DNA of 64,000 nucleotides from positions 352,001 to 416,000 of the forward strand of contig CAXXOU010000004.1 of the NCBI GenBank assembly GCA_963677495.2, in the 5' to 3' direction. The first letter of the stretch is position 1; the number at the start of each line of letters is the position of its first letter. The notes beneath the pieces were generated by a model. It made no database searches. It was not told the origin of the DNA and saw nothing but the letters and a program-made list of their open reading frames with translations. A program made the position numbers and the translations under genes. Origin of the DNA: Candidatus Cloacimonadales bacterium (GTDB taxonomy: Bacteria > Cloacimonadota > Cloacimonadia > Cloacimonadales > JAFGVF01). This document shows positions 46,919-55,737 of this stretch, piece by piece.

Positions 46919-47240
46919 CAAAACGCAGTCATCCCACTGTTTTCCCACTGTGCACCCACTGTGCACCCACTGAAACAGTGGGTTGACAGTGCCTTCACAG
47001 TGCAGACACAGTGCAGGCACAGTGCGTTGATGGATAGAGTAGTTAAAGAGTGCAAAAAGGGCATTAAGTATAGCTAAGTAATTGTAAAATGCACTGTGTA
47101 TGTTTTTCTGGAGCTGTCGCAATAGCGACCGGAGGGAGATGGCGAATAGCGGAAATGGTGAATGTACATCACTATGAGTCAAATTCCCTTCGGTCGCTAT
47201 GACTCCAATGATGTAAGTCATTGCAAATTGCACTGCGTAT
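46919..47240 (-). repeat. CACTG-array element copy 2 (about 320 bp)
   Basis: Reverse complement aligns along its length with 55267-55589. Confidence 0.9.
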
Positions 47241-47353
47241 CATATTTAGAATCAGTTACCACTTCAGAACTGTAAAGAGTTTATAGTTCTAACCATTTTT
47301 GAGTATTTCAGAGGTATGAAAGAATAAAATTTTTGTTAATTTGAGGATTGACC

Positions 47354-47395
47354 TTGACACAGAAAGAGTGATATATATTTATACACTATAGTGTA
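47354..47395 (+). promoter_or_regulatory. TTGACA -35 box and a 14-bp perfect palindrome; candidate PadR operator
   Basis: TTGACA 47354-47359; TACACTATAGTGTA 47382-47395, just upstream of the PadR gene. Confidence 0.55.
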
Positions 47396-47406
47396 ATAAA
47401 CAGTAG

Positions 47407-47796
47407 TTGGAGAAAAAATTGAAATTGTATAAGAATGTTGAGAAGACGCTTGATAGTTGGGATAAAGAGTTCAAAAAAGGACTTACCTCTTATATGATTT
47501 TGTTGCTCTTAAGAAATGGTAAGATGTATGGTTATGAGATAAAACAGCAACTTTGCCATTCCACAGAGGATAAATTAGACTTCAATGAGAGTGCAATATA
47601 TCAGATTTTAAAGAAACTCCAATCAAAAGGTTTTATTGATTCCGAATGGGGTGTTGCCGAGAAAGGACCTAAACGGAAGTACTATTCAATCACCAAGTCC
47701 GGCTTACAGCTTGTTTCTGTATTTACTAGAAACTTTATAATCCCAATGCGTAAGTCACTTGAAACAATTATGCCAAAAGGAAACGAAGATGAATAA
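47407..47796 (+). CDS. PadR family transcriptional regulator
   Basis: KKGL..MILLLL; MYGYEI; IYQIL..L; GPKRKYYSITKSG. Confidence 0.9.
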   Translation: MEKKLKLYKNVEKTLDSWDKEFKKGLTSYMILLLLRNGKMYGYEIKQQLCHSTEDKLDFNESAIYQILKKLQSKGFIDSEWGVAEKGPKRKYYSITKSGLQLVSVFTRNFIIPMRKSLETIMPKGNEDE

Positions 47797-48904
47797 GATA
47801 AAGATGCCGGAATTAAAAATAGGCAATCTAGTTGCCAAAATACCAATTATTCAGGGTGGAATGGGAGTAGGAATATCTCTTTCCGGATTAGCCGCAGCAG
47901 TAGCTAATGAGGGAGGAATAGGTGTTATCTCAGCAGTTGGGCTAGGTATTGAGAAGTGTAAGTCAGTTATCAACTTCAGTGATTTAAACCAGAGATGTTT
48001 AAGAGAAGAAATTCGCAAAGCTCGAGATAAAAGCTCTGGTATAATCGGTGTTAATATCATGTATGCCCTCACAGACTTTGAAGATCTTATGAAAGTTAGC
48101 TTTGAAGAAGAGATAGACATTATCTTTATGGGAGCTGGTTTGCCGGTTGCTTTTCCTAAAGATATGGTTGAGAAGTATTTTTATTCAGATAAGACAAAAC
48201 TGGGTGTTATAGTATCTTCCGGTAGAGCTGCTAAACTGATTCTAAGAACCTGGTTAAGCAGATTTAACAGATTACCGGATGTAATTGTGGTTGAAGGTCC
48301 CCAAGCCGGTGGACACCTTGGTTTCAAGAAGGAACAAATTGATAATCCTGATTTTGCACTTGAAACTATTTTACCGGAAGTAATCAAGAATGTGAAAGAA
48401 TACAGTGCAAAGATAGGGAAAAAAATACCGGTTGTAGCTGGTGGTGGAGTTAATTCCGGAGAAGACATCTATAAAGTTATAGCACTTGGAGCCGATGGTG
48501 TTCAGATGGGTTCAAGATTTGTTGCAACAGATGAATGTGATGCAACTCAGGAGTTTAAAGAGCAATTTATCAGTTGCACGGAGGATGATATAGAGATTAT
48601 CAAGAGCCCTCTTGGTTTACCTGGTAGAGCAATTAAGAACAGTTTTCTGTCTGATGTTGCGTTAGGTAAAAAAGTTCCTTTCAAATGCCCATGGAAATGT
48701 TTGAAAACATGTGAGCTTGAAAAGGCTCCGTTCTGTATAGCTATGGCTCTAGCTAATGCTAAACTCGGAAGAATTAATCATGGTTTCGCTTTCTGTGGAG
48801 CTAAGACATACCTTATAAAGCAAATTCAATCTGTAAAGAGTCTCGTGTCAGACTTAGGTGATGGTTTTAGCAAGATCGTTAAAGAACTAGGCCCGATCAA
48901 GTAA
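47789..48904 (+). CDS. Nitronate monooxygenase/FabK superfamily flavoprotein with a C-terminal Cys cluster (FabX-like)
   Basis: PIIQGGMGVG; EGPQAGGHLG; GVQMGSRF; CPWKCLKTC..FCI. Start set to ATG 47789, overlapping the PadR stop. Confidence 0.85.
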   Translation: MNKIKMPELKIGNLVAKIPIIQGGMGVGISLSGLAAAVANEGGIGVISAVGLGIEKCKSVINFSDLNQRCLREEIRKARDKSSGIIGVNIMYALTDFEDLMKVSFEEEIDIIFMGAGLPVAFPKDMVEKYFYSDKTKLGVIVSSGRAAKLILRTWLSRFNRLPDVIVVEGPQAGGHLGFKKEQIDNPDFALETILPEVIKNVKEYSAKIGKKIPVVAGGGVNSGEDIYKVIALGADGVQMGSRFVATDECDATQEFKEQFISCTEDDIEIIKSPLGLPGRAIKNSFLSDVALGKKVPFKCPWKCLKTCELEKAPFCIAMALANAKLGRINHGFAFCGAKTYLIKQIQSVKSLVSDLGDGFSKIVKELGPIK

Positions 48905-48924
48905 TATTGAATATAAATTGTTTT

Positions 48925-48950
48925 AAAGGGAGTCGATTGACTCCCTTTTT
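48925..48950 (+). terminator. Terminator
   Basis: AAAGGGAGTC-GATT-GACTCCCTTTTT. Confidence 0.8.
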
Positions 48951-48959
48951 AACATGTCG

Positions 48960-49096
48960 TCGGTTCCGTTCATTTCGTTTCACTTTATTCAGCTTCTCTC
49001 AGGGTGACAAGATAATGCAACTTGCTTTTGCAAGTTCGGGTGCCCATACAGTCTTCCTGAGCGAAGTGAGTTTTGCGAACGTATCCGAAGGATCTT
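48960..49096. repeat. Degenerate REP-like inverted pair (GTCATCCTGAGCGAAG..GAAGGATCT type)
   Basis: CTCAGGGTGAC 48998-49008 inverted to GTCTTCCTGAG 49051-49061, followed by CGAAG...CGAAGGATCT. Confidence 0.5.
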
Positions 49097-49243
49097 GCCG
49101 ATAGCTTTAGCCTCCCAGTTACAGATTTACTTTAACTGATATTGTTTGAGCTAACAGCTAAAGTCACCATTTTATGATTAATTCCATTGACAGAAGAAAG
49201 CAATACTTAAGAAGTATTCAAAAAGCAACTAAGGAGATTTGGA

Positions 49244-49957
49244 ATGATAGCTTTAGGTGTAAACATTGACCATGTAGCAACAATTCGTCAAGCACGTCAG
49301 GGCATTGAACCTGAACCAATTTTTGCAGCACAGATTGCAGAGCAATCAGGTGCAGATCAGATTACTGTTCATCTTAGAGAAGATAGACGTCACATTCAAT
49401 ACCGAGATGTAAAGCTTCTAAGAGAACTTGTACAGACTAAACTAAATCTTGAAATGGCACCAACGATTGAGATGGTTACAATTGCAAAAGAATTGAAACC
49501 GGACACAGTTACTCTAGTTCCAGAGAAGAGGGAAGAAGTGACAACTGAAGGTGGACTTAACCTTGAAAAACCGGGATTAGATAAGGTTATCAACGATTTA
49601 AAAGAGGCCGGGATTGAAGTTAGTCTGTTTATCGAGCCTGATGTGAGTATGATTAAGCTTGGTGACAGATTAGGTGCAGATGCTATTGAGATTCATACTG
49701 GTGCATATGCAAATGCTAAATCTGACAATGATAGAAATGCAGAACTGCAGAGAATTAAGAAAGGTGCAAAGGTAGTAAAATCCAGTGGGATGCGTTGTGT
49801 TGCAGGGCATGGGATAAACTATAAGAATATCTATCCACTTTTGGATTTAGGAATATTTGAAGAATATAATATCGGTCATAGCATTATCTCAAGGGCTGTC
49901 TTCACAGGTTTGGAAGAAGCTGTGTCCGAAATGAAAGCTATAATTAATCAAGAATAA
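49244..49957 (+). CDS. pdxJ: Pyridoxine 5'-phosphate synthase
   Basis: LGVNIDHVATIRQAR; TVHLREDRRHI; VTTEGGL; AGHG; NIGHSII. Confidence 0.96.
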   Translation: MIALGVNIDHVATIRQARQGIEPEPIFAAQIAEQSGADQITVHLREDRRHIQYRDVKLLRELVQTKLNLEMAPTIEMVTIAKELKPDTVTLVPEKREEVTTEGGLNLEKPGLDKVINDLKEAGIEVSLFIEPDVSMIKLGDRLGADAIEIHTGAYANAKSDNDRNAELQRIKKGAKVVKSSGMRCVAGHGINYKNIYPLLDLGIFEEYNIGHSIISRAVFTGLEEAVSEMKAIINQE

Positions 49958-50027
49958 ATGATTCCTACTTGACTAATAATAAACAGAATTTTGATTGAAT
50001 TAAAATAAATACTCTTTGGAGGTTAGA

Positions 50028-51215
50028 ATGTTTGGAAAAATGAAAACTGATTTACGTACGACTCTCGATGGTCTTAAAGAAAAGGGACTCTATAAAGAGG
50101 AACGTATTATCACAAGCATGCAGCAGGCTGAGATTGAAGTTAATAATGACAAGAAAGTGCTTAACTTCTGCGCAAATAACTACCTCGGACTTGCTAACAA
50201 TCCTCAGGTTATTCAAGCTGCAAAAGATATGATGGATAGAAGAGGTTTCGGACTCTCTTCAGTTCGTTTTATTTGCGGTACACAGGATATACATCGTGAA
50301 CTCGAAAAGAAAGTTGCTACTTTCCTCGGACAAGAAGATGCAATTCTTTACGCTGCTTGCTTCGATGCAAACGGCGGTGTTTTTGAACCACTCTTAGAGA
50401 AAGATAGTGCTATAATCTCTGATGAACTTAACCACGCTTCTATTATCGATGGTGTTCGTCTTTGTAAAGCTCAGCGTTTCCGCTATAAACATGCTGATAT
50501 GGCTGACCTTGAACAGCAACTTATCGCTGCGAAAGATGCAACATATCGTATAGTTGTTACTGATGGTGTGTTCTCAATGGACGGAGATATGGCTAAGCTT
50601 GACCAGATCTGTGACCTTGCAGAGAAGTATGACGCGCTCGTGATGGTTGATGAATCTCATGCAACAGGTTACCTTGGTGCTACAGGTCGCGGTACTATTG
50701 AGCATTTCGGTGTGATGGATAGAGTTGATATTGTTACTACTACATTCGGTAAAGCTATGGGTGGCGGTAATGGTGGTTGCACAGCAGCCAGAAAAGAGAT
50801 TATTGAGATGCTTAGACAGCGTTCAAGACCTTATCTCTTCTCTAATACTCTCGCTCCTGCGATTGTTGGTGCTACTATGCAAGTTATCGATATGCTTGAA
50901 GCTTCAAGTGAACTTGTAAACAAAGTTAAAAGTAGTGCTGACTATTTCCGTACAGAGATGACAAAAGCAGGTTTTGACCTTGTTCCCGGTAACACAGCTA
51001 TCGTTTCTGTGATGTTCTACGATGAACCACTCGCTATCAAAGTTGCTGACCGTCTTCTTAAAGAAGGCATCTACGTTATCGGTTTCTGTTTCCCTGTTGT
51101 TCCAAGAGGAAAAGCAAGAATCCGTGTACAGATCTCAGCTGCTCATTCAAGAGAAGATATCCAGAAATGTATCGATGCATTTGTAAAAGTAAAAGCAGAG
51201 ATGGACGCAGAATAA
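50028..51215 (+). CDS. kbl: Glycine C-acetyltransferase (2-amino-3-ketobutyrate CoA ligase)
   Basis: [46 protein letters not shown] 50028 follows GGAGG. Confidence 0.95.
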   Translation: MFGKMKTDLRTTLDGLKEKGLYKEERIITSMQQAEIEVNNDKKVLNFCANNYLGLANNPQVIQAAKDMMDRRGFGLSSVRFICGTQDIHRELEKKVATFLGQEDAILYAACFDANGGVFEPLLEKDSAIISDELNHASIIDGVRLCKAQRFRYKHADMADLEQQLIAAKDATYRIVVTDGVFSMDGDMAKLDQICDLAEKYDALVMVDESHATGYLGATGRGTIEHFGVMDRVDIVTTTFGKAMGGGNGGCTAARKEIIEMLRQRSRPYLFSNTLAPAIVGATMQVIDMLEASSELVNKVKSSADYFRTEMTKAGFDLVPGNTAIVSVMFYDEPLAIKVADRLLKEGIYVIGFCFPVVPRGKARIRVQISAAHSREDIQKCIDAFVKVKAEMDAE

Positions 51216-51403
51216 GCTGATATCTTAAATACATTGAAACGGGCACGAGCGATCGTGCCCATTTTAACATAGATGATGTTTTCTCAAAATCACCTGCTTT
51301 TTGAAACGCTCTCCTCAGCTTTGAAGCTTTAATATGTAAAAAAGTACAATAGAAATAAACAACAGACGTAAGCTGGAATAGCTTTTAACTTCAAGTGTAG
51401 GCA

Positions 51404-51431
51404 CAAAAAAAGGACACCGTACGGTGTCCTA
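51404..51431 (-). terminator. Terminator
   Basis: AGGACACC-GTAC-GGTGTCCT with a T7 tail on the minus strand. Confidence 0.8.
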
Positions 51432-51451
51432 AATAAGAATCTAATCAGCCT

Positions 51452-52327
51452 TTATTTAACAAGGATAACTACATATTTGTTCTGAGCAAATGTCTCGAGG
51501 TCTGTTACTTTAAGAACAGATTCTGTTTCACTCATATCAGTGATAGCATAAGAAGCAGCGTTTTGGTCGGACATAACCTTAACTCTGTTCATAGTAGATG
51601 GAAGGATGATCTCATCACTATCAAGAAGGTTCATTTCTTGGAACATTGATGTGTCATAGTTCTTAGCTACGTCTGTAACTCTACCGAACCAAAGGAATCC
51701 ACCTTTCTTAGTTGCAAGACCTTTCTCAATAAGCTCTTTCTTTGTACCGATAACATAATAAACATTATATTTTGAACGGTGTTTACTTCTGATCTCTTCC
51801 TCTTTCTCAGAGATAGTTTTTTCTTTTGCTGCAATAGCAGTTTTGTGCTGAGCTCTTTCTGTCTGGATAGTAAGATTAAGCTTTTCAATCTGAGAGTTAA
51901 GCTCAATAATCATAGCTTCTTTCTCTTCGATTGTTTTCTGAAGTTGAGCAACCATTTTGTTCAATTTGTTGAAACGGATGTTCTTACCTTTAAGCTTCTT
52001 TTCAAGATCAGCAAGGTCTTTTTTGTAACCTTCGATCTGAGCATTGATGTCGCCGATAGCTTTCATCATGTGAGCTTTTCTTTCGCTTAAAGAAGCATCA
52101 CTAGGTACTTCAGTTTTCTTCATAATCTCTTTAACTGATTCAGGATTAATAGCATCCAGACTGCTCTGTATGTCACTGATAACAGTTGTAGCTTCTTCAT
52201 AAGAAGCGATGATTTGGTCTTTCTCTGCCATTACAGCAGTCTTTTCTTTCATTACGACTCCGAGATAAGCCCCGGCTGCAATTGTTGTGATTGCAAGGAT
52301 AATAGTTAAAACCTTGAATGCGTTCAT
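51452..52327 (-). CDS. Membrane-anchored coiled-coil protein (resembles Bacteroidota Cbp1-like conserved proteins)
   Basis: N-terminal TM; long heptad repeats; C-terminal YYVIGTKKEL..KG..KGGFL motif. Confidence 0.7.
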   Translation of the reverse strand: MNAFKVLTIILAITTIAAGAYLGVVMKEKTAVMAEKDQIIASYEEATTVISDIQSSLDAINPESVKEIMKKTEVPSDASLSERKAHMMKAIGDINAQIEGYKKDLADLEKKLKGKNIRFNKLNKMVAQLQKTIEEKEAMIIELNSQIEKLNLTIQTERAQHKTAIAAKEKTISEKEEEIRSKHRSKYNVYYVIGTKKELIEKGLATKKGGFLWFGRVTDVAKNYDTSMFQEMNLLDSDEIILPSTMNRVKVMSDQNAASYAITDMSETESVLKVTDLETFAQNKYVVILVK

Positions 52328-52613
52328 TGTGTTCTCCTTGATTAGTTATATTTTTATGTCCTAATAATATCGCCAATACTTATAATATACCATAAATCCT
52401 AATGTCAAGCAAAATCTCTTTTGATTATTACTGTGAGAGCTAAGATTATTTTCTTCACTTTTCTGTCAATCTAACACTGTAATGATCTTATCTGGTAAAG
52501 TTACTAACCAAAACAAACCAATATAATGCTAAATTCATTTAAGATGTTATACCATTTTATGCGAGATTGAACATGTCTTTTTTTCTATGAAATGTGGCAT
52601 ACCAATGGCATTC

Positions 52614-52700
52614 TTGACAACGGGTTGACCACGGGTAATCCACGGGTTGACCACGGCTTCTGTGGTTTGGGCGTGGATTACCCGTGGTTCAGCCGTGGTT
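52614..52700. repeat. CCACGG/CCGTGG 11-bp-period two-armed array
   Basis: TTGACAACGGG TTGACCACGGG TAATCCACGGG TTGACCACGGC, then GTGG at 52662/52673/52684/52695; perfect 17-bp IR 52628-52644 / 52672-52688. Confidence 0.88.
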
Positions 52701-52780
52701 AGATAACACATTCATGACAGTCTTGGCTCAGAGAAAATAGTTTCAATTGACATTTAATATGCCTAAATAAGTATGATTCC

Positions 52781-54217
52781 ATGAAATGGATATATTTAAA
52801 ACAATGGATAGATGAAATAGATTTACCTAAAACAGGACTTGAGAGTATTACTTCATTTGAAGACCAATACTTGATAAGCTTCAAGAAGCAAAAGAAACAG
52901 TTGCAGGTTAACCTTAACCAAGCTGATTGCTTTATCTTTCAAACAGAAAGGGCGGAGCTTCCGTTCAAGATTGACTCAAAGATAAATAACATATCACAAA
53001 TGCTACTCTCTGCTCGAATCGACTCAATTGAAATTGATGAGAATGACCGCATCATGAAGTTGCATTTCCTTAAACGTGACATTTATAATCAGACAACACA
53101 TTATGTGCTTGTTCTTGAGTTAATTCCTCGCTTTCAGAATATTGTACTCTGTCGGAAGGAGAACGAAAAGCTGATTATTGTTGAAGCTCTTAGGAAGTTT
53201 AGTCTCGCTGAGAATAGTCAACGGCAAATCCTTCTCAATATTGATTATCTTCAACCGGAAACGGACTTCAAAATTAGCAAAGATGTAGAAGAGGAACATA
53301 GTAACATTAACTCATGGTTTGAAAGCCTTTTCTATGATATTGAGTTGCAAAAAAGAGTTGGAAACCTAAAGAAGCAAAAAGTCAATTCTATAAAGCGAAC
53401 TATCAAGAAAACAGAGAAGAAGCTTTCAAAACAGGAAGCAGAGTTGAGCTCAGCAAATAGGCAAGAGGAGTGGCATCAAAAGGCGGAATTGCTAAAGTAC
53501 AGCCTACATTCTATCAAGCCCGGAGCAACTGAACTTGTAACTGTGAACTATTATTCTCCTAATCAGGATGAGATAACTATTAAGCTGTTCCCTGAGAAGA
53601 AACCGCAAGAGAACCTGCAATACTACCTCAAAAAGTATCGCAAAGCACGCTCTGGATTAGAGAGAATCAAGAACAATATCAAAGCTACAAAAGAGGAGAT
53701 TCAACAACTCCGACATGAGCATGAAAGAGTTATTAATATTGATTCCTATACAGAGATGCTGGAAATCTCCGGTAAACGGGGATCAAAGCATAAGAAGCAT
53801 CAACAATCCCTACCTTTCCGTCGTTTGAGAATCAATGCTGATTGGGAGATTATGATTGGTCGTAAAGCACGAGAAAATGATTTGCTTACAACTAGAGTTG
53901 CTAAGTCGAATGACTGGTGGTTCCATACGCGCATTTACCAAGGCACGCATGTTGTGCTCAGAAACTATTCAAAACTAAACCCACCAGATAACCTAATGGA
54001 ATTGTGCTGTCGTCTTGCTGCCTATTACAGTAAAGCTAAGACCTCTGTAAACGTACCTGTCGATTATACCCAAATCAGATATGTAACCAAACCTCGTGGT
54101 GCTGTTCCGGGTTATGTAATCTACAAGAACCAAAAGACAGTTTATGTAAATCCTCTGGATTTCAGAGATGCACGGTCGGCTCTAGAAAAACTAGGTTATA
54201 TAGCTCCTACTGAATAG
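52781..54217 (+). CDS. rqcH: RqcH/NFACT (FbpA-like) ribosome quality-control protein
   Basis: NDRI..; LVLEL...NIVL; coiled coil with ENLQYYLKKYRK; IGRKARENDLL; WFH..GTHVV; AAYYSKA; VDYT. Confidence 0.85.
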   Translation: MKWIYLKQWIDEIDLPKTGLESITSFEDQYLISFKKQKKQLQVNLNQADCFIFQTERAELPFKIDSKINNISQMLLSARIDSIEIDENDRIMKLHFLKRDIYNQTTHYVLVLELIPRFQNIVLCRKENEKLIIVEALRKFSLAENSQRQILLNIDYLQPETDFKISKDVEEEHSNINSWFESLFYDIELQKRVGNLKKQKVNSIKRTIKKTEKKLSKQEAELSSANRQEEWHQKAELLKYSLHSIKPGATELVTVNYYSPNQDEITIKLFPEKKPQENLQYYLKKYRKARSGLERIKNNIKATKEEIQQLRHEHERVINIDSYTEMLEISGKRGSKHKKHQQSLPFRRLRINADWEIMIGRKARENDLLTTRVAKSNDWWFHTRIYQGTHVVLRNYSKLNPPDNLMELCCRLAAYYSKAKTSVNVPVDYTQIRYVTKPRGAVPGYVIYKNQKTVYVNPLDFRDARSALEKLGYIAPTE

Positions 54218-54219
54218 AT

Positions 54220-54987
54220 ATGTCTCAGATCTCTACCAGATGCTTTGTTCTTAGACTCACGGATTACAGCGAGACCAGCTACGTTCTTCTTCTCTTAAGT
54301 AAAGAGCATGGTCTCTTTTCTGCTATAGCAAAGGGAGCTAAGCGTCCTAAGAATCGTTTTTCCTCTGTATTTGGGTTACTGAACGAATTTGACGGTGAGT
54401 TTTCGAAATCAGCTAACAGTGAACTCTGGACTGTTGTTGAAGCTAAACCTGTTGAATTTCATCTCTTAAAACAGAAGTATAGTACTGTTCAGCTACTTTC
54501 AGCTGCTGCCGAACTCTATCAACAAAGCATTATTCATGAAGATGAAGCAGGGGAGTTTTACGTTTTACTTGAAAAGTATCTCCGATTCTTACCAACAATC
54601 AAGAAGAATGGAATACTTATCTTTTGGAGGTTCCTGACCAGCTATCTAAAACTCAACGGTATTCCACTGAGTTTTGAAATATGCCCACATTGCAGTACAC
54701 CACTAACTGATAATCTTTGTTATTCCTACAGCCTTGGTGGTTTTGTCTGCCAAAAATGCAGACAGAATGATGGTATTGTCTCCGAACTTATGGGTGTAAG
54801 CTCAGAAGATTATCTATCTTCCATAGAAAGTGATATTCTTAAAAAGCTACCTACTATAGGAAACTACATTGATGAGATTTCTATCCCTCAATCATCAATT
54901 GACAGACTAAACAAACTGTTTCTACACTACATATCTTTCCATTTTCATAAGAAGTTTCATCTGAATAGCCTGAAAGGTTTTAGATAA
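54220..54987 (+). CDS. recO: DNA repair protein RecO
   Basis: VLR..DYSE; HG...AIAKGAKRPK; zinc finger CPHC...CQKC. Confidence 0.9.
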   Translation: MSQISTRCFVLRLTDYSETSYVLLLLSKEHGLFSAIAKGAKRPKNRFSSVFGLLNEFDGEFSKSANSELWTVVEAKPVEFHLLKQKYSTVQLLSAAAELYQQSIIHEDEAGEFYVLLEKYLRFLPTIKKNGILIFWRFLTSYLKLNGIPLSFEICPHCSTPLTDNLCYSYSLGGFVCQKCRQNDGIVSELMGVSSEDYLSSIESDILKKLPTIGNYIDEISIPQSSIDRLNKLFLHYISFHFHKKFHLNSLKGFR

Positions 54988-55051
54988 CAATAACTGCATT
55001 TCAGGGAGTTTGTCAGAGCGAATGTGAAAACGGACTTCTTGAATTGAACTT

Positions 55052-55089
55052 TGGAGTGCATCTACTGCGTAGATGCGTCTTGTCACGTA
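55052..55089. repeat. Short palindromic repeat, copy 2
   Basis: TGGAGTGCATCTACTGCGTAGATGCGTCTTGTCACGTA; compare 4968-5005 and 55595-55618. Confidence 0.75.
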
Positions 55090-55162
55090 ACCCACTTGAT
55101 GCGAGCTTGCGACTACGATGCCAAGCGAAATATAGCAGAATAATTTTTAGTCACTGAACTAG

Positions 55163-55253
55163 ATTTCGCAATTCCCCATACTCCCGTTGGTCGTACAGGT
55201 GACCTCTTCTGAATTTCGCATTTTCCCGAACTCCCGTTGGTCTAAATGGTGAC
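55163..55253 (+). repeat. Two-unit tandem repeat, 50-bp period
   Basis: ATTTCGCA..ACTCCCGTTGGTC..GGTGAC at 55163-55203 and 55213-55253. Confidence 0.75.
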
Positions 55254-55266
55254 TGCTACATAATTA

Positions 55267-55589
55267 CATACACAGTGCGATTACCAATAACTTACAACGT
55301 TGGAGTCATAACGAGTTTACGAGTTGGACTCATAGCGTTGTACCTTTGCCACTTTTCGCTATTCGCCCATCTCCCTTTGGTCGCTATTGCTACAGCTTCA
55401 GTTTACTCACACAGTGTCATTTGCAATAACTTAGCTACATTTCTTGCCCTTTTTACTCTCTTTCACTGCTCTATCCATCAACGCACTGTGCACGCACTGT
55501 GATACCACTGTGAAGGCACTGCCAACCCACTGTTTCACTGGGTGCACAGTGCGTGCACAGTGGGAAAACAGTGGGATGACTGCGTTTTG
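55267..55589 (+). repeat. CACTG-array element copy 3 (about 320 bp)
   Basis: Array almost identical to 7516-7623; left part homologous to 47040-47240 (reverse). Confidence 0.9.
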
Positions 55590-55737
55590 GTTTATGGATT
55601 GCATCAACTGCGTAGATGTAACAGACTATCTTTGCGATGTATGTCCGAGTTTAAATCATTTGACATAAAAATAATAGCTGGTAATAATCGTTCCTAGATC
55701 TTTAAACGTGATGCTTTCACAACTAACTTAGGAGGAT

